64,000 nt of DNA from Candidatus Latescibacterota bacterium (GCA_965203805.1 OZ241917.1:96001-160000), one strand, 5' to 3'. Numbered from the stretch's first letter, positions 19,263 to 30,231 are shown. The notes: generated from the letters alone by a model not told the origin. Numbers and translations are program-made.

Positions 19263-19748
19263 ATGATCCGGTGGACATGGGTTCTGGGCATCGCGCTTCT
19301 CGTCGGATGCGGCCGCGAATCCGCGGATGAGCTTTTCGCAAAAGGGGAAGCGGCAACTCACAAAGAGGCGACCTATCCGGAGGCAGAGGCGTATCTCAAG
19401 AAATTCCTGGACTACTATCCTGACGATCCGAGGGCGGACCTGGTCCTGCACGCGCTGGCTCGCGTGCTGCTGAATCGACACAAATTCGACGAGGCAATCG
19501 GATCCTACGAGACGCTGGTATCGCGATTCCCGGAGAGCCGATACGCTGACCAGGCGCAGTTCATGATCGGGTACGCCTACGATCTCCAGGGGAAATATCA
19601 ACAAGCCCGAGAGGCTTATCAGAAAGTTATCGAGTTGTTCCCGAAGTCGGAATTGTTCGACGATGCCGCTGTTTCCATCAGGAATCTGGGGAAGCCGCCC
19701 GAAGAGTGGTTTCCCGTCGATTCGACCTCCGCCACAAGCGTAAACTGA
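19263..19748 (+). CDS. TPR lipoprotein (BamD/YfiO-like repeats)
   Basis: Lipobox LVGC; repeats YP.D..AD / FPES.YAD / FPKS. Confidence 0.75.
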   Translation: MIRWTWVLGIALLVGCGRESADELFAKGEAATHKEATYPEAEAYLKKFLDYYPDDPRADLVLHALARVLLNRHKFDEAIGSYETLVSRFPESRYADQAQFMIGYAYDLQGKYQQAREAYQKVIELFPKSELFDDAAVSIRNLGKPPEEWFPVDSTSATSVN

Positions 19749-19944
19749 ACCGGGAACGGGTATGTGTTTCGACAGAGGCCGGTACAAGATCCCTGTCGAC
19801 GCGTCCCGATCCGACGCGTATCTCCGTTTCAGGCTGTCACCCCGTTCTTGAAGCCATGATTTGTCGACCTTCCACCAGCACAGCGCAGCCGGACGGTATC
19901 GGTGCACAAGGAAACCGTCCGGTGTTCTTTTTTGGGACGCATCG

Positions 19945-20940
19945 ATGATGATCGCCGCCGAAATCCAGCAGCTGAACGATGAAGTGGAACGGGAGAGCGC
20001 TTTCGTCCGGCGCCTCACGGGCGAAATGGGCCGTGTGATCGTGGGCCAGGAGCCCATGGTGGAACGCCTGCTGATCGGGTTGCTGTGCAACGGCCACGTG
20101 TTGCTCGAAGGCGTGCCCGGCCTGGCGAAGACATTAACCGTCACCACGCTTGCAAGCGCTATCCAGGCGTCGTTCAGCCGAATTCAGTTCACTCCCGATC
20201 TGTTGCCCGCGGACCTGATCGGTACGATGATCTACAACCAGGCCACCGGCGAATTTGCACCGAAGAAAGGTCCGGTCTTCGCGCAACTCGTTCTCGCCGA
20301 CGAAGTGAACCGGGCGCCGGCCAAGGTGCAGAGCGCCATGCTCGAGGCGATGCAGGAGCGGCAGGTCACCATCGGCGACCAGACCTTCCGCATGGACGAT
20401 CCGTTTCTGGTGCTGGCCACACAGAATCCAATCGAACAGGAGGGAACCTATCCGCTGCCGGAGGCACAGGTGGACCGGTTCATGATGAAAGTTCGCGTCA
20501 CCTACCCGCGGAGGGAAGAGGAGCGGGCGATTATCGACCGGATGGAGGGCGGGGAAGCCCCGGCCGCAAACCCCGTGGTCCGGCCCGAAGATATCATTCG
20601 CGCGCGAGGGGTGGTAAACCGTGTGTACGTCGACGACAAGATCAAGGACTACATCGTGAACCTTATGCTGGCAACCCGCGATCCGGCGGCATTCGGGATT
20701 CAGGATCTCAATGCGCTGATCGAATACGGGTGTTCGCCGCGGGGCTCTATTTTCCTGACGCGCGCGGCCAAGGCCCACGCCTTTCTGCGGCGGAGGGGCT
20801 ACGTGACGCCGGAAGACGTAAAGGCCGTGGGCGTGGACGTTCTTCGTCACCGGGTGATCGTAACCTACGAAGCGGAAGCCGAAGAGGTCGATTCGGAGGA
20901 AATCGTCCGTCGGATTTTCGATCATGTCGAGGTACCCTGA
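19945..20940 (+). CDS. MoxR-family AAA+ ATPase
   Basis: EGVPGLAKT, RIQFTPDLLPAD, DEVNRAPAKVQS, ATQNPIEQEGTYPLPEAQVDRF. Confidence 0.95.
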   Translation: MMIAAEIQQLNDEVERESAFVRRLTGEMGRVIVGQEPMVERLLIGLLCNGHVLLEGVPGLAKTLTVTTLASAIQASFSRIQFTPDLLPADLIGTMIYNQATGEFAPKKGPVFAQLVLADEVNRAPAKVQSAMLEAMQERQVTIGDQTFRMDDPFLVLATQNPIEQEGTYPLPEAQVDRFMMKVRVTYPRREEERAIIDRMEGGEAPAANPVVRPEDIIRARGVVNRVYVDDKIKDYIVNLMLATRDPAAFGIQDLNALIEYGCSPRGSIFLTRAAKAHAFLRRRGYVTPEDVKAVGVDVLRHRVIVTYEAEAEEVDSEEIVRRIFDHVEVP

Positions 20941-20944
20941 CACG

Positions 20945-21826
20945 ATGATTCCCGCCGAGATACTCAGGAAGGTGAGGCGCATCGAACTGCGCACGAGGCA
21001 TCTGGTCGACACGGTGTTCTCGGGAGAATACCATTCCGTCTTCAAAGGGCAGGGCATGGCGTTTGCCGAAGTGCGTGAATACCAGGTGGGAGACGATATC
21101 CGATCGATAGACTGGAACGTCACCGCCCGGATGGGACATCCCTTCGTCAAGGTGTACGATGAAGAACGCGAACTGACGGTGATGTTGATGGTAGACGCCA
21201 GCGCGTCCGGTGATTTCGGGACGGTCTCGCAGATGAAGGGCGAAATCGGCGTCGAGATCTGCGCCTTGCTGGCGTTTTCGGCAATACAGAACAACGATCG
21301 GGTGGGGCTGATTATCTTCACGGACGACGTAGAGGCGTTTATACCGCCCAAAAAGGGCAGAAAGCACGTGTTGCGGGTAATTCGGGAACTGCTGTACTTC
21401 CGGCCCAGCCGGCGGGGAACGGACATCGGTGCGGCCCTGGACACCCTCAACCGGATCAACAAACGGAAGAGCGTGGTGTTTCTTGTGTCCGATTTTCTGG
21501 CTTCCGGTTACGAAGCGGCGCTCCGGGTGTCGTGCAGACGGCATGATCTGATCGCGGTCGTGCTTCAGGATCCGCGGGAACGTGAATTGCCCGACGTCGG
21601 CCTCGTCGAAGTGGAGGACGCGGAAACCGGCAGGGAGATGCTGGTGGATACCTCCGACCGGGAGTTTCGGTATCTTTTCAGGCAGCTGAACGACAAGGCG
21701 GAGGAGCGGCGGGATCAGCTGTTCCGTTCCGTTGGTCTCGACCGCGTGGACATTCATACGGAAGCGTCCTACGCGGATGCGTTGATGCGGTTCTTCCGGA
21801 AACGGGCGCAGCAGATCGCGGCATAG
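20945..21826 (+). CDS. DUF58 domain protein
   Basis: FAEVREYQVGDDIRSIDWNVTAR, EERE, SDF. Confidence 0.92.
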   Translation: MIPAEILRKVRRIELRTRHLVDTVFSGEYHSVFKGQGMAFAEVREYQVGDDIRSIDWNVTARMGHPFVKVYDEERELTVMLMVDASASGDFGTVSQMKGEIGVEICALLAFSAIQNNDRVGLIIFTDDVEAFIPPKKGRKHVLRVIRELLYFRPSRRGTDIGAALDTLNRINKRKSVVFLVSDFLASGYEAALRVSCRRHDLIAVVLQDPRERELPDVGLVEVEDAETGREMLVDTSDREFRYLFRQLNDKAEERRDQLFRSVGLDRVDIHTEASYADALMRFFRKRAQQIAA

Positions 21827-21869
21827 CTGTCCGGATGGGCTATTTCAGCGGGCTGATCGGGAGGCGCGT

Positions 21870-22805
21870 GTGATCGAGGTTGATCATCTGACCAAACAAT
21901 ATGGATCGCTGGTAGCGGTCAAGGACCTCACCTTCAGCGTGGAAAAGGGAGAGGTCGTCGGATTTCTCGGACCGAACGGCGCGGGCAAGACCACCACCAT
22001 GCGCATCCTGACGTGTTTTCAGCCGGCCACGCTGGGCACCGCCCGGGTGGCCGGCTTCGACGTATTCCACGAACCGATGGAGGTCAAGAGGCGAATCGGG
22101 TACCTGCCGGAACACCCGCCGCTATACAGGGACATGTACGTGAGGTCGTACCTGGATTTCGTGGCGCAGATCAAGCGGGTGCCGTCGCGGCATCGCGGGT
22201 CCCGGGTGGACGACGCGATGGAACGATGCGGGATCACGGACCGGGCGAAGCAACTCATCGGCCAACTCTCCAAGGGATATCGTCAGCGGGTCGGCATCGC
22301 TCAGGCCATCCTGCACGATCCGGACGTCATTATCCTGGATGAACCCACCATCGGGCTGGATCCCAACCAGATCCAGGAGATTCGCCGGGTGATCCGCGGC
22401 CTGGGACGGGAACACACGGTGATTCTGAGCACGCACATTCTGCCCGAGGTCGAAAAGACCTGCGATCGCGTGATCATCATCAACAGGGGTCGGATCGCGG
22501 CCGTGGATACGCCGGAAAACCTGACCGCGGGCGCGTCGGGCAACCGGCGGTATTACGTGGCGGTATCGGGCGACCTGGAAGCTGCCGCCGGCGCCATCCG
22601 GGAGGTTGCGGGCGTGGTGGACGTCAGGAGGGCAGACGACAACCAGGCGTTGGAGATCGAAGCGTCCGGTGAAGCCGACATGCGCCCGTCGATTGCAGCG
22701 ATGCTCGTAGAACGCGGCCTGGGGCTGGTGGAGTTGAGATCGATAACGGCCGGATTGGAGGACATCTTCCGCGAATTGACAAGACACGAGGAGGCAGGCT
22801 CCTGA
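21870..22805 (+). CDS. ABC-2 transporter ATP-binding protein (GldA-like)
   Basis: GPNGAGKTT, LSKGYRQRVG, LDEPTIGLDP. Confidence 0.9.
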   Translation: MIEVDHLTKQYGSLVAVKDLTFSVEKGEVVGFLGPNGAGKTTTMRILTCFQPATLGTARVAGFDVFHEPMEVKRRIGYLPEHPPLYRDMYVRSYLDFVAQIKRVPSRHRGSRVDDAMERCGITDRAKQLIGQLSKGYRQRVGIAQAILHDPDVIILDEPTIGLDPNQIQEIRRVIRGLGREHTVILSTHILPEVEKTCDRVIIINRGRIAAVDTPENLTAGASGNRRYYVAVSGDLEAAAGAIREVAGVVDVRRADDNQALEIEASGEADMRPSIAAMLVERGLGLVELRSITAGLEDIFRELTRHEEAGS

Positions 22806-23581
22806 TGGGAAATATCGCCGCGATTTTCTGGAAAGAGATGCGTTCCTATTTCGGCTCGCCGATCGCCTACGTGGTGGCGACCGGTTTCCTGTTGATGATG
22901 GGATATCTCTTCCAGAACGAAGTCGTCGAATTTCGCGCAAAATGCCTGAATTACTCATTTCAGCATCAGGAGCACGGCGTGGATGCGCCAAACGTGAACG
23001 AGGACGTTGTGTTCCACTTCTTCCTCAGCCAGTGCCTCGTCTGGCTGGTGGTGACGCCGATGCTGACGATGCGGCTGTTCGCGGAGGAGAGGGGCTCCGG
23101 GACGATCGAACTTCTGATGACATCGCCCCTGACCACGTGGCAGGTCATTCTCGGTAAATTCGCCGCCTGTCTCGGTCTGTACGTCATTATTGAACTGCTG
23201 CTGCTTTCGCTGATCTTCGTCGTGTCGTTCTACGGCGATCTGAATTGGGGCCGGGTGCTGTCCGCCTGTGTCGCGATACTGCTGCTGGGAGGTTCGTTCA
23301 TCAGTGTGGGCATACTGGCCTCCTCGCTGACCGACAAACAGATTGTCGCGGTCGTCATCGCATTTGTCCTCCTGCTTCTCCTCTTCGTGGTGCGGTATTC
23401 GCCCGAGCTTATTGGACGCGAATGGGCAACCGTTCTCTTCTACCTCTCGTTGATCGATCACACGAGGGATATGGCGCGGGGCGTAATCGACAGCAGCGAC
23501 GTGGTCTTTTTCCTCACCTTTACGTTTTTTTTCCTGTTCCTGACGCACACCGCGCTTGAGTCGCGCCGCTGGAGGCGATAG
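22805..23581 (+). CDS. ABC-2 permease (GldF-like)
   Basis: KEMRSYFGSPIAY, TMRLFAEERGSGTIELLMTSP. Confidence 0.88.
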   Translation: MGNIAAIFWKEMRSYFGSPIAYVVATGFLLMMGYLFQNEVVEFRAKCLNYSFQHQEHGVDAPNVNEDVVFHFFLSQCLVWLVVTPMLTMRLFAEERGSGTIELLMTSPLTTWQVILGKFAACLGLYVIIELLLLSLIFVVSFYGDLNWGRVLSACVAILLLGGSFISVGILASSLTDKQIVAVVIAFVLLLLLFVVRYSPELIGREWATVLFYLSLIDHTRDMARGVIDSSDVVFFLTFTFFFLFLTHTALESRRWRR

Positions 23582-23584
23582 ACA

Positions 23585-24955
23585 ATGATCGGTTTTTTCG
23601 GTACCCGCCTGGTCAGATACGGTACGAGTACCCTGGTTGCCGTCCTCGCCGTGCTTGCGATTCTGGTTGCGGTCAATTTCCTCGCCACGCGCTATCACCA
23701 CCGGATCGACGTTACGGAGGGCGGAATGCACAGCCTCTCCGACCAGACCGCCACATTGCTGGATTCCCTGTCGACGGATGTGCACGTGCTGGCGTTTTTT
23801 CACGAAACCGACCCCGAAGCGGCCGAATTCAATGAGAGGCTTGAAACCTATGCCTATCATTCAGAACGATTTACCTTTGCCATGGTCGATCCCGCGGTCC
23901 ATCCCGGCGAAGCACGGCGATACAGGGTGGTCAAGCCGCGAATTTCGGTGGTGACGTCGGAAGGGCGGGAAGAGCGGATTTCGGGAGCCGAGGAGAATCA
24001 CCTGACCAATGCGGTGGCCAAGGTCGTCCGGGAACGCGGGAAAACCGTCTATTTCTCGGCCGGACACGGAGAACGGACGCTGAAGGCCCCGGAAGGCGAT
24101 TTCATTCGCGTCGGGCAGTCATTGCGGGAGGCCGGGTACGGGGTTCGGGATACGCTGGTTCTGGATGCCGGCAAGGGCGTCCCGGCGGATTGCGATCTGT
24201 TGATCGTGGCCGGGCCGACGGCCGCATTTTCCAGTATCGAAACCGATTCTATTCGCAACTTTCTTGCCGGAGGGGGATCCGCGTTGTTTTTGCTCGACCC
24301 GGGCGGCGAGACAGGTCTGGAGTCGCTGCTGGCGGGATGGGGCATCCAGGTCAACAACGACTACGTCCTGGGTTGGGGCCCGGGCGATCCCTCCATGCCG
24401 GGATCGGTCTGGTACGCACGACATCCGGTATCGGAAAAACACCGCAACCGCAATTTGAGGACATTTTACAGGCTTGCGCGTTCCGTATCCAGCATCGAAA
24501 ACGCAACCGGAATGCAGGTCCACGAGCTGGTAACAACCCATCCGCGAGACAGCTGGCGGGAAGAGAAACTGCCCGATGTGTCGCCGGTCTTCGATCCGGG
24601 AGTGGACCTGCCGGGTCCGGCGACGGTTGCCGTCGCCGTGCTCGACAGGCCGAAGTACCGACGGCATGCGTCTTCCGACGTCGGGTTGCGCCACACCCGG
24701 ATCGTCGTTTTTGGGGACTCCGATTTCGCTGGCAACGAGTTCTTCGACACCGTGGGCAACGGCGACCTGTTCATGAATGCGGTGAGCTGGCTGATGGAGG
24801 AGGGGGACCTGATCTCGATCCGACCCAAAATGTGGGCATTCAGGGGCGTCGTGATGACGGCCGAAGACCTCATGTGGCTTTCATGGCTTTCCGTTGTGAT
24901 CCTACCGGCGATACCGGTCGTCGTCGGGATCGGCGTCTGGCGCAGGCGGCGTTGA
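23585..24955 (+). CDS. GldG-like ABC transporter auxiliary protein
   Basis: RIDVT...SLS.QT, VYFSAGHGE, LIVAGP, GDSDF..N, N.DLFMNAVSWL, C-terminal TM. Confidence 0.85.
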   Translation: MIGFFGTRLVRYGTSTLVAVLAVLAILVAVNFLATRYHHRIDVTEGGMHSLSDQTATLLDSLSTDVHVLAFFHETDPEAAEFNERLETYAYHSERFTFAMVDPAVHPGEARRYRVVKPRISVVTSEGREERISGAEENHLTNAVAKVVRERGKTVYFSAGHGERTLKAPEGDFIRVGQSLREAGYGVRDTLVLDAGKGVPADCDLLIVAGPTAAFSSIETDSIRNFLAGGGSALFLLDPGGETGLESLLAGWGIQVNNDYVLGWGPGDPSMPGSVWYARHPVSEKHRNRNLRTFYRLARSVSSIENATGMQVHELVTTHPRDSWREEKLPDVSPVFDPGVDLPGPATVAVAVLDRPKYRRHASSDVGLRHTRIVVFGDSDFAGNEFFDTVGNGDLFMNAVSWLMEEGDLISIRPKMWAFRGVVMTAEDLMWLSWLSVVILPAIPVVVGIGVWRRRR

Positions 24956-25004
24956 CGGCCGGCGGCGACTCACCCGGAACGGAGAAGCCGGGCAGGCATT
25001 TTTC

Positions 25005-26435
25005 ATGAGTCTAAGGACAACAGGTGTTCTGGTGCTGCTTCTGGCTGCGCTCGTCGGTTTTGTCTATTTCTACGAAATCCGGGGCGCGGACGAACGTTAT
25101 ATGGCACGGACCATGGCAGGGCGTCTGCTGCGTCTGGAAGCAGACGCGGTCAACGGGCTGACGGTTCAACGGGGCGACACGACCATCGTCATTGAAAGAT
25201 CGGAAGACGGGTGGAGGATCCTGCGGCCGGTCGCCACCGGCGGCGACGACGGCGAGATCACGGGATTGATCCGTACGTTACAGACGATGGATCTTGAGCG
25301 CGTGGTCGCGGACAGCCTCCGAATCGCGCGAGGGCAAGCCCGTCTTTCGGATTTCGGCCTCGACAGGCCGAATCTGGTACTCGTTATAGAGCAGGTGGAC
25401 CGGGTAGATTCCCTCTTCTGGGGAGACCGGAGTCCGACCGGCCGTTATGGCTACGTCAGATGGTCGGTACATCCGGGCATTCTCGCGGTCGCCGCCCCGT
25501 TCCGGATGAGATTGGAGAAAGGGCTGTTGCGACTGCGTGACAGGCGCGTTGCGGATTTCGACCCGGAAACCGTGCGCAAAATCGAGATTGCCAGGGGGGA
25601 TGCCAGAGTCATCGTAGAGAAGCTTGCGGAAGCATGGCGCATGACGTATCCGGTAGACGACCGCACCGACAGCGACGAGGTCCAAAAGCTGATTCAACGG
25701 CTGTACACCGCCGAATTCACGCGTGTGATCGCTGAAGGGCCCGGGGAAGCCGGCGATTACGGCCTGGAAAATCCAACGCTGACGGTTGCGGTTTTCGATG
25801 GCCGCGACGAGCGGAAGAAGACCGTAAGGATCGGACGCCGAATGGACGCGAGCCGGTTTCCTCCGTTTTTCGCGGCTTTTTCCGCCCGCCCGATGGTATT
25901 TCTGGTCGATTCGACCCTGGTCGCCGATCTGAGTAAGACGGCTTCTGATCTGAGATTCAAGCGTATCTTTGCGTTCGACACCGCCGGAGTCGACCGGTTG
26001 AAGCTGGCGTATCGGGACCGGGCGGTGGAATGTGTCAGAGATCAACGCGGCGAAGGCTGGCAGGTGCTGCAGCCGAAGCTGCATATCGTCCTGGAACACC
26101 GCGTTCGACATCTCTTTCGCACCATCGAACTGCTCGAAGCCGAAGAATTCGTCGCGGAAGCGCTGACAACACCGGAGGCATTCGGTTTCGACCGCCCGGC
26201 ACTGGAGATCACCGCCTGGCGCGGTGACGCGGTGGCGCAGAAATTAAGTGTCGGCGAAAGGAATGGCAACGTTTACGCCCGGGGACATCAGCGTCCCCAG
26301 ATCGTCAGGATCGATCCCAAGACTCTGACGAGACTTAAGCTCGAACTCATCCCGGTGAAACCTGACGTGGTTCAACCCGATACCGTACGGCTGGGCGTAC
26401 GGAAGGCAATCAACGGAATATGGCCCGCGTCCTGA
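25005..26435 (+). CDS. DUF4340 repeat protein
   Basis: N-terminal TM; three repeats with FGLDRP/YGLENP/FGFDRP; usual neighbour of Gld-like ABC genes. Confidence 0.75.
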   Translation: MSLRTTGVLVLLLAALVGFVYFYEIRGADERYMARTMAGRLLRLEADAVNGLTVQRGDTTIVIERSEDGWRILRPVATGGDDGEITGLIRTLQTMDLERVVADSLRIARGQARLSDFGLDRPNLVLVIEQVDRVDSLFWGDRSPTGRYGYVRWSVHPGILAVAAPFRMRLEKGLLRLRDRRVADFDPETVRKIEIARGDARVIVEKLAEAWRMTYPVDDRTDSDEVQKLIQRLYTAEFTRVIAEGPGEAGDYGLENPTLTVAVFDGRDERKKTVRIGRRMDASRFPPFFAAFSARPMVFLVDSTLVADLSKTASDLRFKRIFAFDTAGVDRLKLAYRDRAVECVRDQRGEGWQVLQPKLHIVLEHRVRHLFRTIELLEAEEFVAEALTTPEAFGFDRPALEITAWRGDAVAQKLSVGERNGNVYARGHQRPQIVRIDPKTLTRLKLELIPVKPDVVQPDTVRLGVRKAINGIWPAS

Positions 26436-27376
26436 TATCGGTGTGGATTGCTGCCTGCGGCCTCTCGATCTCATCTCCCGGCGCCCGCGCCGAAGTTCTG
26501 TTCGATGCGGCCGTCAACCGGGACACGCTTACGGTCGGCGATCCCGTACTTCTGAATGTGCGGATTCTTCGTGAATCGGGAGATGCCGTCGCATTGATGC
26601 AGAACGAGGGATTCCTCGCGCCGTTCGAGGTGCGCCGCCGGGTGCCGCCCGCGGTTCGGGAGATTCCCGACGGACGGGTGGAGGAGACACTCGCCTTCGA
26701 ACTTGCCGTGTATCGGCCGGGTGCGGTCGAAGTGCCCTCACTGGTGCTTCAGGTACGGACGGCCGAAGGCGACTCCGGCCTGATTACCACGGGGCCGATA
26801 CCGGTTGTGGTACGTAGCGTCAGACCGCTGGGAATGACGGATATCCGGGATGTGAAGCCTCCGGTCGACATCGATGCCAGCATACCGGCGTGGTTCTGGA
26901 TCGCCCTGGCCGTACTGATTGGCCTTGTGGCCGCTGTCCTGTGGTACTGGAATCGGCGTCGCCGGAAATCGGAGGTTGATCCGCCGCGGCCGCCGGTTGT
27001 CTGGCCCGATGAAATCGCAAAGATCCTTCGTATGCAACTCGTGGAAAACGGGTCGCTGAAGCGGTATTACAGTCTGCTTTCAGAGGTGATGCGCCGCTAC
27101 CTTGAGGATCGGGTCCGGGTGGATGCCATGGAGTGTACCACGCACGAACTTGTGCGGGACCTCAGACGTGTACGGGTCGGGGAAGCGGAGGTATCCGCGC
27201 TCGAGCGGCTGTTGTCGGAGGCGGACCTGGTCAAGTTTGCAAAGTTCAGGCCTCGCGATGACGTCGCGTTGAAGGCCGCCGATTCGGTGTTGGATCTGAT
27301 GCGGCGGATGGACGAGCAGGTCCAGGCGGTTGAAGACGATTCAGTGGTCGCGGCGCCCGCGGAAGCCACGGCATGA
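26420..27376 (+). CDS. Bat-operon membrane protein (Ig-like domain + TM + helical domain)
   Basis: TVGDPV, DIRDVKPP, TM, YYSLLSEVMRRYLE, ADLVKFAK. Confidence 0.7.
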   Translation: MARVLISVWIAACGLSISSPGARAEVLFDAAVNRDTLTVGDPVLLNVRILRESGDAVALMQNEGFLAPFEVRRRVPPAVREIPDGRVEETLAFELAVYRPGAVEVPSLVLQVRTAEGDSGLITTGPIPVVVRSVRPLGMTDIRDVKPPVDIDASIPAWFWIALAVLIGLVAAVLWYWNRRRRKSEVDPPRPPVVWPDEIAKILRMQLVENGSLKRYYSLLSEVMRRYLEDRVRVDAMECTTHELVRDLRRVRVGEAEVSALERLLSEADLVKFAKFRPRDDVALKAADSVLDLMRRMDEQVQAVEDDSVVAAPAEATA

Positions 27377-28359
27377 TTGAATTCAAGAATCCGGAATGGC
27401 TGATCGCGCTTGTTTTCGTGCCGTTGCTGATCTACCGGTACGTACGCCGGCAGCGGCAGAAGCAGGGCAGCATCCGTTTTCCGGACCTGGGTGTCATCGG
27501 ACAGATTCCGCCTTCGGTCGTGCTGAAGTTTCGACACGGTCTCATTGCGCTTCGCTGTCTGGCGCTGATCCTGCTGATTGTGGCGCTGGCGCGTCCGCGT
27601 TCCGGGCGCGAGGGAAGAGAAATCCTGACCCGTGGGATCGATATCGTACTCGCCCTGGACGTGTCGGGCAGCATGGCGCACAAGGACCTGGACCAGCAGC
27701 GAAAGTCCCGGCTGCAGGTCAGCAAGGAAGTCGTGACCCAGTTCGTGCGGGGGCGGGTCAACGACCGGCTGGGACTCGTCGTCTTTGCGGGCGAGAGCTA
27801 CACGCAGTGTCCGCTCACCCTCGACTACGGCATATTCCTGAGTTTTCTGAATGAGGTGCGGCTCGCGGAAGATTCCTGGGACGGCACGGCAATCGGGACC
27901 GGCATCGTTACGGCGGTAAACCGTTTGCGCCGGTCGGAAGCGAAGAGCCGCGTCATTATCCTGTTGACGGATGGTGTGAACAACAAGGGGGAAGTGGACC
28001 CCGTTACGGCCGCCCGCGCCGCCAGGGCGGTAGGCATACGAATTTACACCATCGGAGCGGGAAGCGACGGGGTGATCGTGACGGGCCAGGGCCTGCTCCG
28101 GCAGCGGGTTCGGGTGGAGATCGACGAAGAGACCCTCCGGAAAGTCGCCGATATCACGGGCGGCCGGTACTTCCGGGCGACCAGCGAAGAGAAGCTTGAG
28201 GAGATCTATCGCGCCATCGGTGAGATGGAGAAAACGGAAATCAAGACACGCGACTACGTGGATTACTCCGAATTGTTCACGTATTTCCTCTGGCCGGGTC
28301 TGGTTCTGCTCGGCGTCGAACTGATGCTTGCCAACACGCGGTTTCGGAGGATACCCTGA
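27373..28359 (+). CDS. batA: BatA-like VWA domain protein
   Basis: ALARP, MIDAS DVSGS, PLTLDY, GTAIG, LLTDG, TGGRYFRA. Confidence 0.88.
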   Translation: MIEFKNPEWLIALVFVPLLIYRYVRRQRQKQGSIRFPDLGVIGQIPPSVVLKFRHGLIALRCLALILLIVALARPRSGREGREILTRGIDIVLALDVSGSMAHKDLDQQRKSRLQVSKEVVTQFVRGRVNDRLGLVVFAGESYTQCPLTLDYGIFLSFLNEVRLAEDSWDGTAIGTGIVTAVNRLRRSEAKSRVIILLTDGVNNKGEVDPVTAARAARAVGIRIYTIGAGSDGVIVTGQGLLRQRVRVEIDEETLRKVADITGGRYFRATSEEKLEEIYRAIGEMEKTEIKTRDYVDYSELFTYFLWPGLVLLGVELMLANTRFRRIP

Positions 28360-28360
28360 A

Positions 28361-29383
28361 ATGCGTTTTGGCGACGTTCAGGCGTTCTGGTTCCTGTTCT
28401 TCGTGCCGGCGGCCGTCCTGTTTTTCGTGATCGCCTACCGAGAGAAAAGGCGGGCCCTCGCGCGATTCGGGAGTCCGGAACTGATGCGCAAACTGACCGC
28501 TGCCACGAGCTGGAAGCGGCAGTGGTTGAAGGCGGCGTTGACGGTTGTCGGGCTCTTCTTTGTGGTCATTGCGCTGGCGCAGCCCAGGTACGGGATGCGG
28601 CTGGAACTCCTGCATCGCAAGGGCGTCGACGTCATGGTTGCCCTGGACACGTCGCTGAGCATGCTCGCGGAAGACATCCGGCCCAATCGGCTGACGCGCG
28701 CGCTGTTTGAGATCGAGTCCTTTATCGACCGGCTCGAAGGCGACAGGATCGGCCTGGTCGCGTTCGCGGGCCGCAGCTTTACCCTCTGCCCGCTCACCCT
28801 GGACTATGGCGCAGCGAAGCTGTTTCTGGATTCGATCGACACGGATATCATTCCGGTGAAGGGTACGGCCATTGCCGAGGCCGTTCGCGCAGCGACCCGG
28901 GCATTCGGAAGCGAAGAACGCAAGTACAAGGTCCTCGTGCTGATTACGGATGGAGAGGACCACGCCGAGGATCCGGTGGAGGCCGCTGAGGCCGCGGCGG
29001 AAGCCGGGGTGCGTATATTTGCGGTGGGCGTCGGGACGCCGGGCGGCGAGTTGATTCCGGTAAAGCGGAACGGACGGACCGAGTATCTGAAAGACGGCCG
29101 GGGCAACTACGTCAAGTCGCGCCTGGACGAGGCAAGCCTGCAACAGGTGGCGGGGGTGACGGACGGGGTTTACATACGGTCGCAGGCGGGAGGCGTCGGT
29201 ATGGACAGGGTAACCCACGAAATCTCGCAGATGGAGAAGAAGGAACTGGGTTCCCGGAAATTCACGCAATACAAACACCGGTACCAGTGGCCGCTGGCCG
29301 TCGCGGTCGTCTGCTTTGTCAGCGAAGCGTGGTTGTCGGATCGCAGACGGGTGCGAACACAGTGGCGCGGGCGGTTCCAGTAA
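28361..29383 (+). CDS. batB: BatB-like VWA domain protein
   Basis: ALAQP, DTSLSMLAEDIRPNRL, ITDGEDH, YQWPL. Confidence 0.88.
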   Translation: MRFGDVQAFWFLFFVPAAVLFFVIAYREKRRALARFGSPELMRKLTAATSWKRQWLKAALTVVGLFFVVIALAQPRYGMRLELLHRKGVDVMVALDTSLSMLAEDIRPNRLTRALFEIESFIDRLEGDRIGLVAFAGRSFTLCPLTLDYGAAKLFLDSIDTDIIPVKGTAIAEAVRAATRAFGSEERKYKVLVLITDGEDHAEDPVEAAEAAAEAGVRIFAVGVGTPGGELIPVKRNGRTEYLKDGRGNYVKSRLDEASLQQVAGVTDGVYIRSQAGGVGMDRVTHEISQMEKKELGSRKFTQYKHRYQWPLAVAVVCFVSEAWLSDRRRVRTQWRGRFQ

Positions 29384-29419
29384 ATGCCACGACACAGAAA
29401 ATCCCGGGGAGTCTGCGCC

Positions 29420-30229
29420 ATGCGCCGATATCTGGTCGGCCTCGCCGTCATACCGCTTCTGGGATTCACGTTTCTGGATCCTGCTGCGGACAGGAACCGG
29501 CAGGGCAACCGACTGTTTCACGAAGGCAAGTTCGACGAAGCGCTTGAGTACTACCGTAAGGCCCAGGTGGAAAAACCCGAAGCGCCCGAGCTCAGGTTCA
29601 ATGCCGGTGACGCCTATTTCAAGAAGAACGCCTTTCAGGATGCACTTCAGGAGTTCGGGCACGCGCTGAAGAGCCGCGACCCCTCCCTTCTCTCTCGCGC
29701 CTATTACAATCTGGGCAATGTCCATGTACGCCAGCAGAACCTGCAGCAGGCGGTCGAGGCCTACAAGCGCTCATTGTCGATAACGCCGGACGATCTGGAT
29801 GCGAAGGTGAATCTGGAATGGGTTCTGGAGAAAGTCAGGGAGCAGGAGAAGAATCAGAACCAGGAGCAACAGAAGAACCGGGAGGACGGTCAGGAGCAGA
29901 AAGAGGAGGAGAAGGAACAGAATAACGAGGACCCGAACGTCGAAGCGAACCGGGAACAGCCCCCGGAACGGCCGAACCCGGAACAGGATGGGAATCGCGA
30001 TCGGCAGGAGGGGGAAAGACAGAACGATCCGCAGGAGGACCTGGGCCCGCAGAACGACCCCTCAGGGGGGCAGACCGGGAATCGCCAGGAACGCCAGTCG
30101 GCGTCCGGGGAGCTTGGCCGGGAAGAGGCCGAACGCCTGCTGGATGCGATGAAAGACAGGGAGACGAAATCCCAGAAGTACCGCCGGCTGCGTGTATACG
30201 GAAAAAAATACAAGGGAAACGAGTGGTAG
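29420..30229 (+). CDS. batC: BatC-like TPR protein with Q/E-rich linker
   Basis: YYNLGN TPRs, DAKVNLE, Q/E/N-rich tail ending EAERLLDA...EW. Confidence 0.8.
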   Translation: MRRYLVGLAVIPLLGFTFLDPAADRNRQGNRLFHEGKFDEALEYYRKAQVEKPEAPELRFNAGDAYFKKNAFQDALQEFGHALKSRDPSLLSRAYYNLGNVHVRQQNLQQAVEAYKRSLSITPDDLDAKVNLEWVLEKVREQEKNQNQEQQKNREDGQEQKEEEKEQNNEDPNVEANREQPPERPNPEQDGNRDRQEGERQNDPQEDLGPQNDPSGGQTGNRQERQSASGELGREEAERLLDAMKDRETKSQKYRRLRVYGKKYKGNEW

Positions 30230-30231
30230 GT

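Noticed and set aside
29830-30110. Purine-rich repetitive stretch
   Set aside because: Encodes the normal Q/E-rich linker of BatC-like proteins
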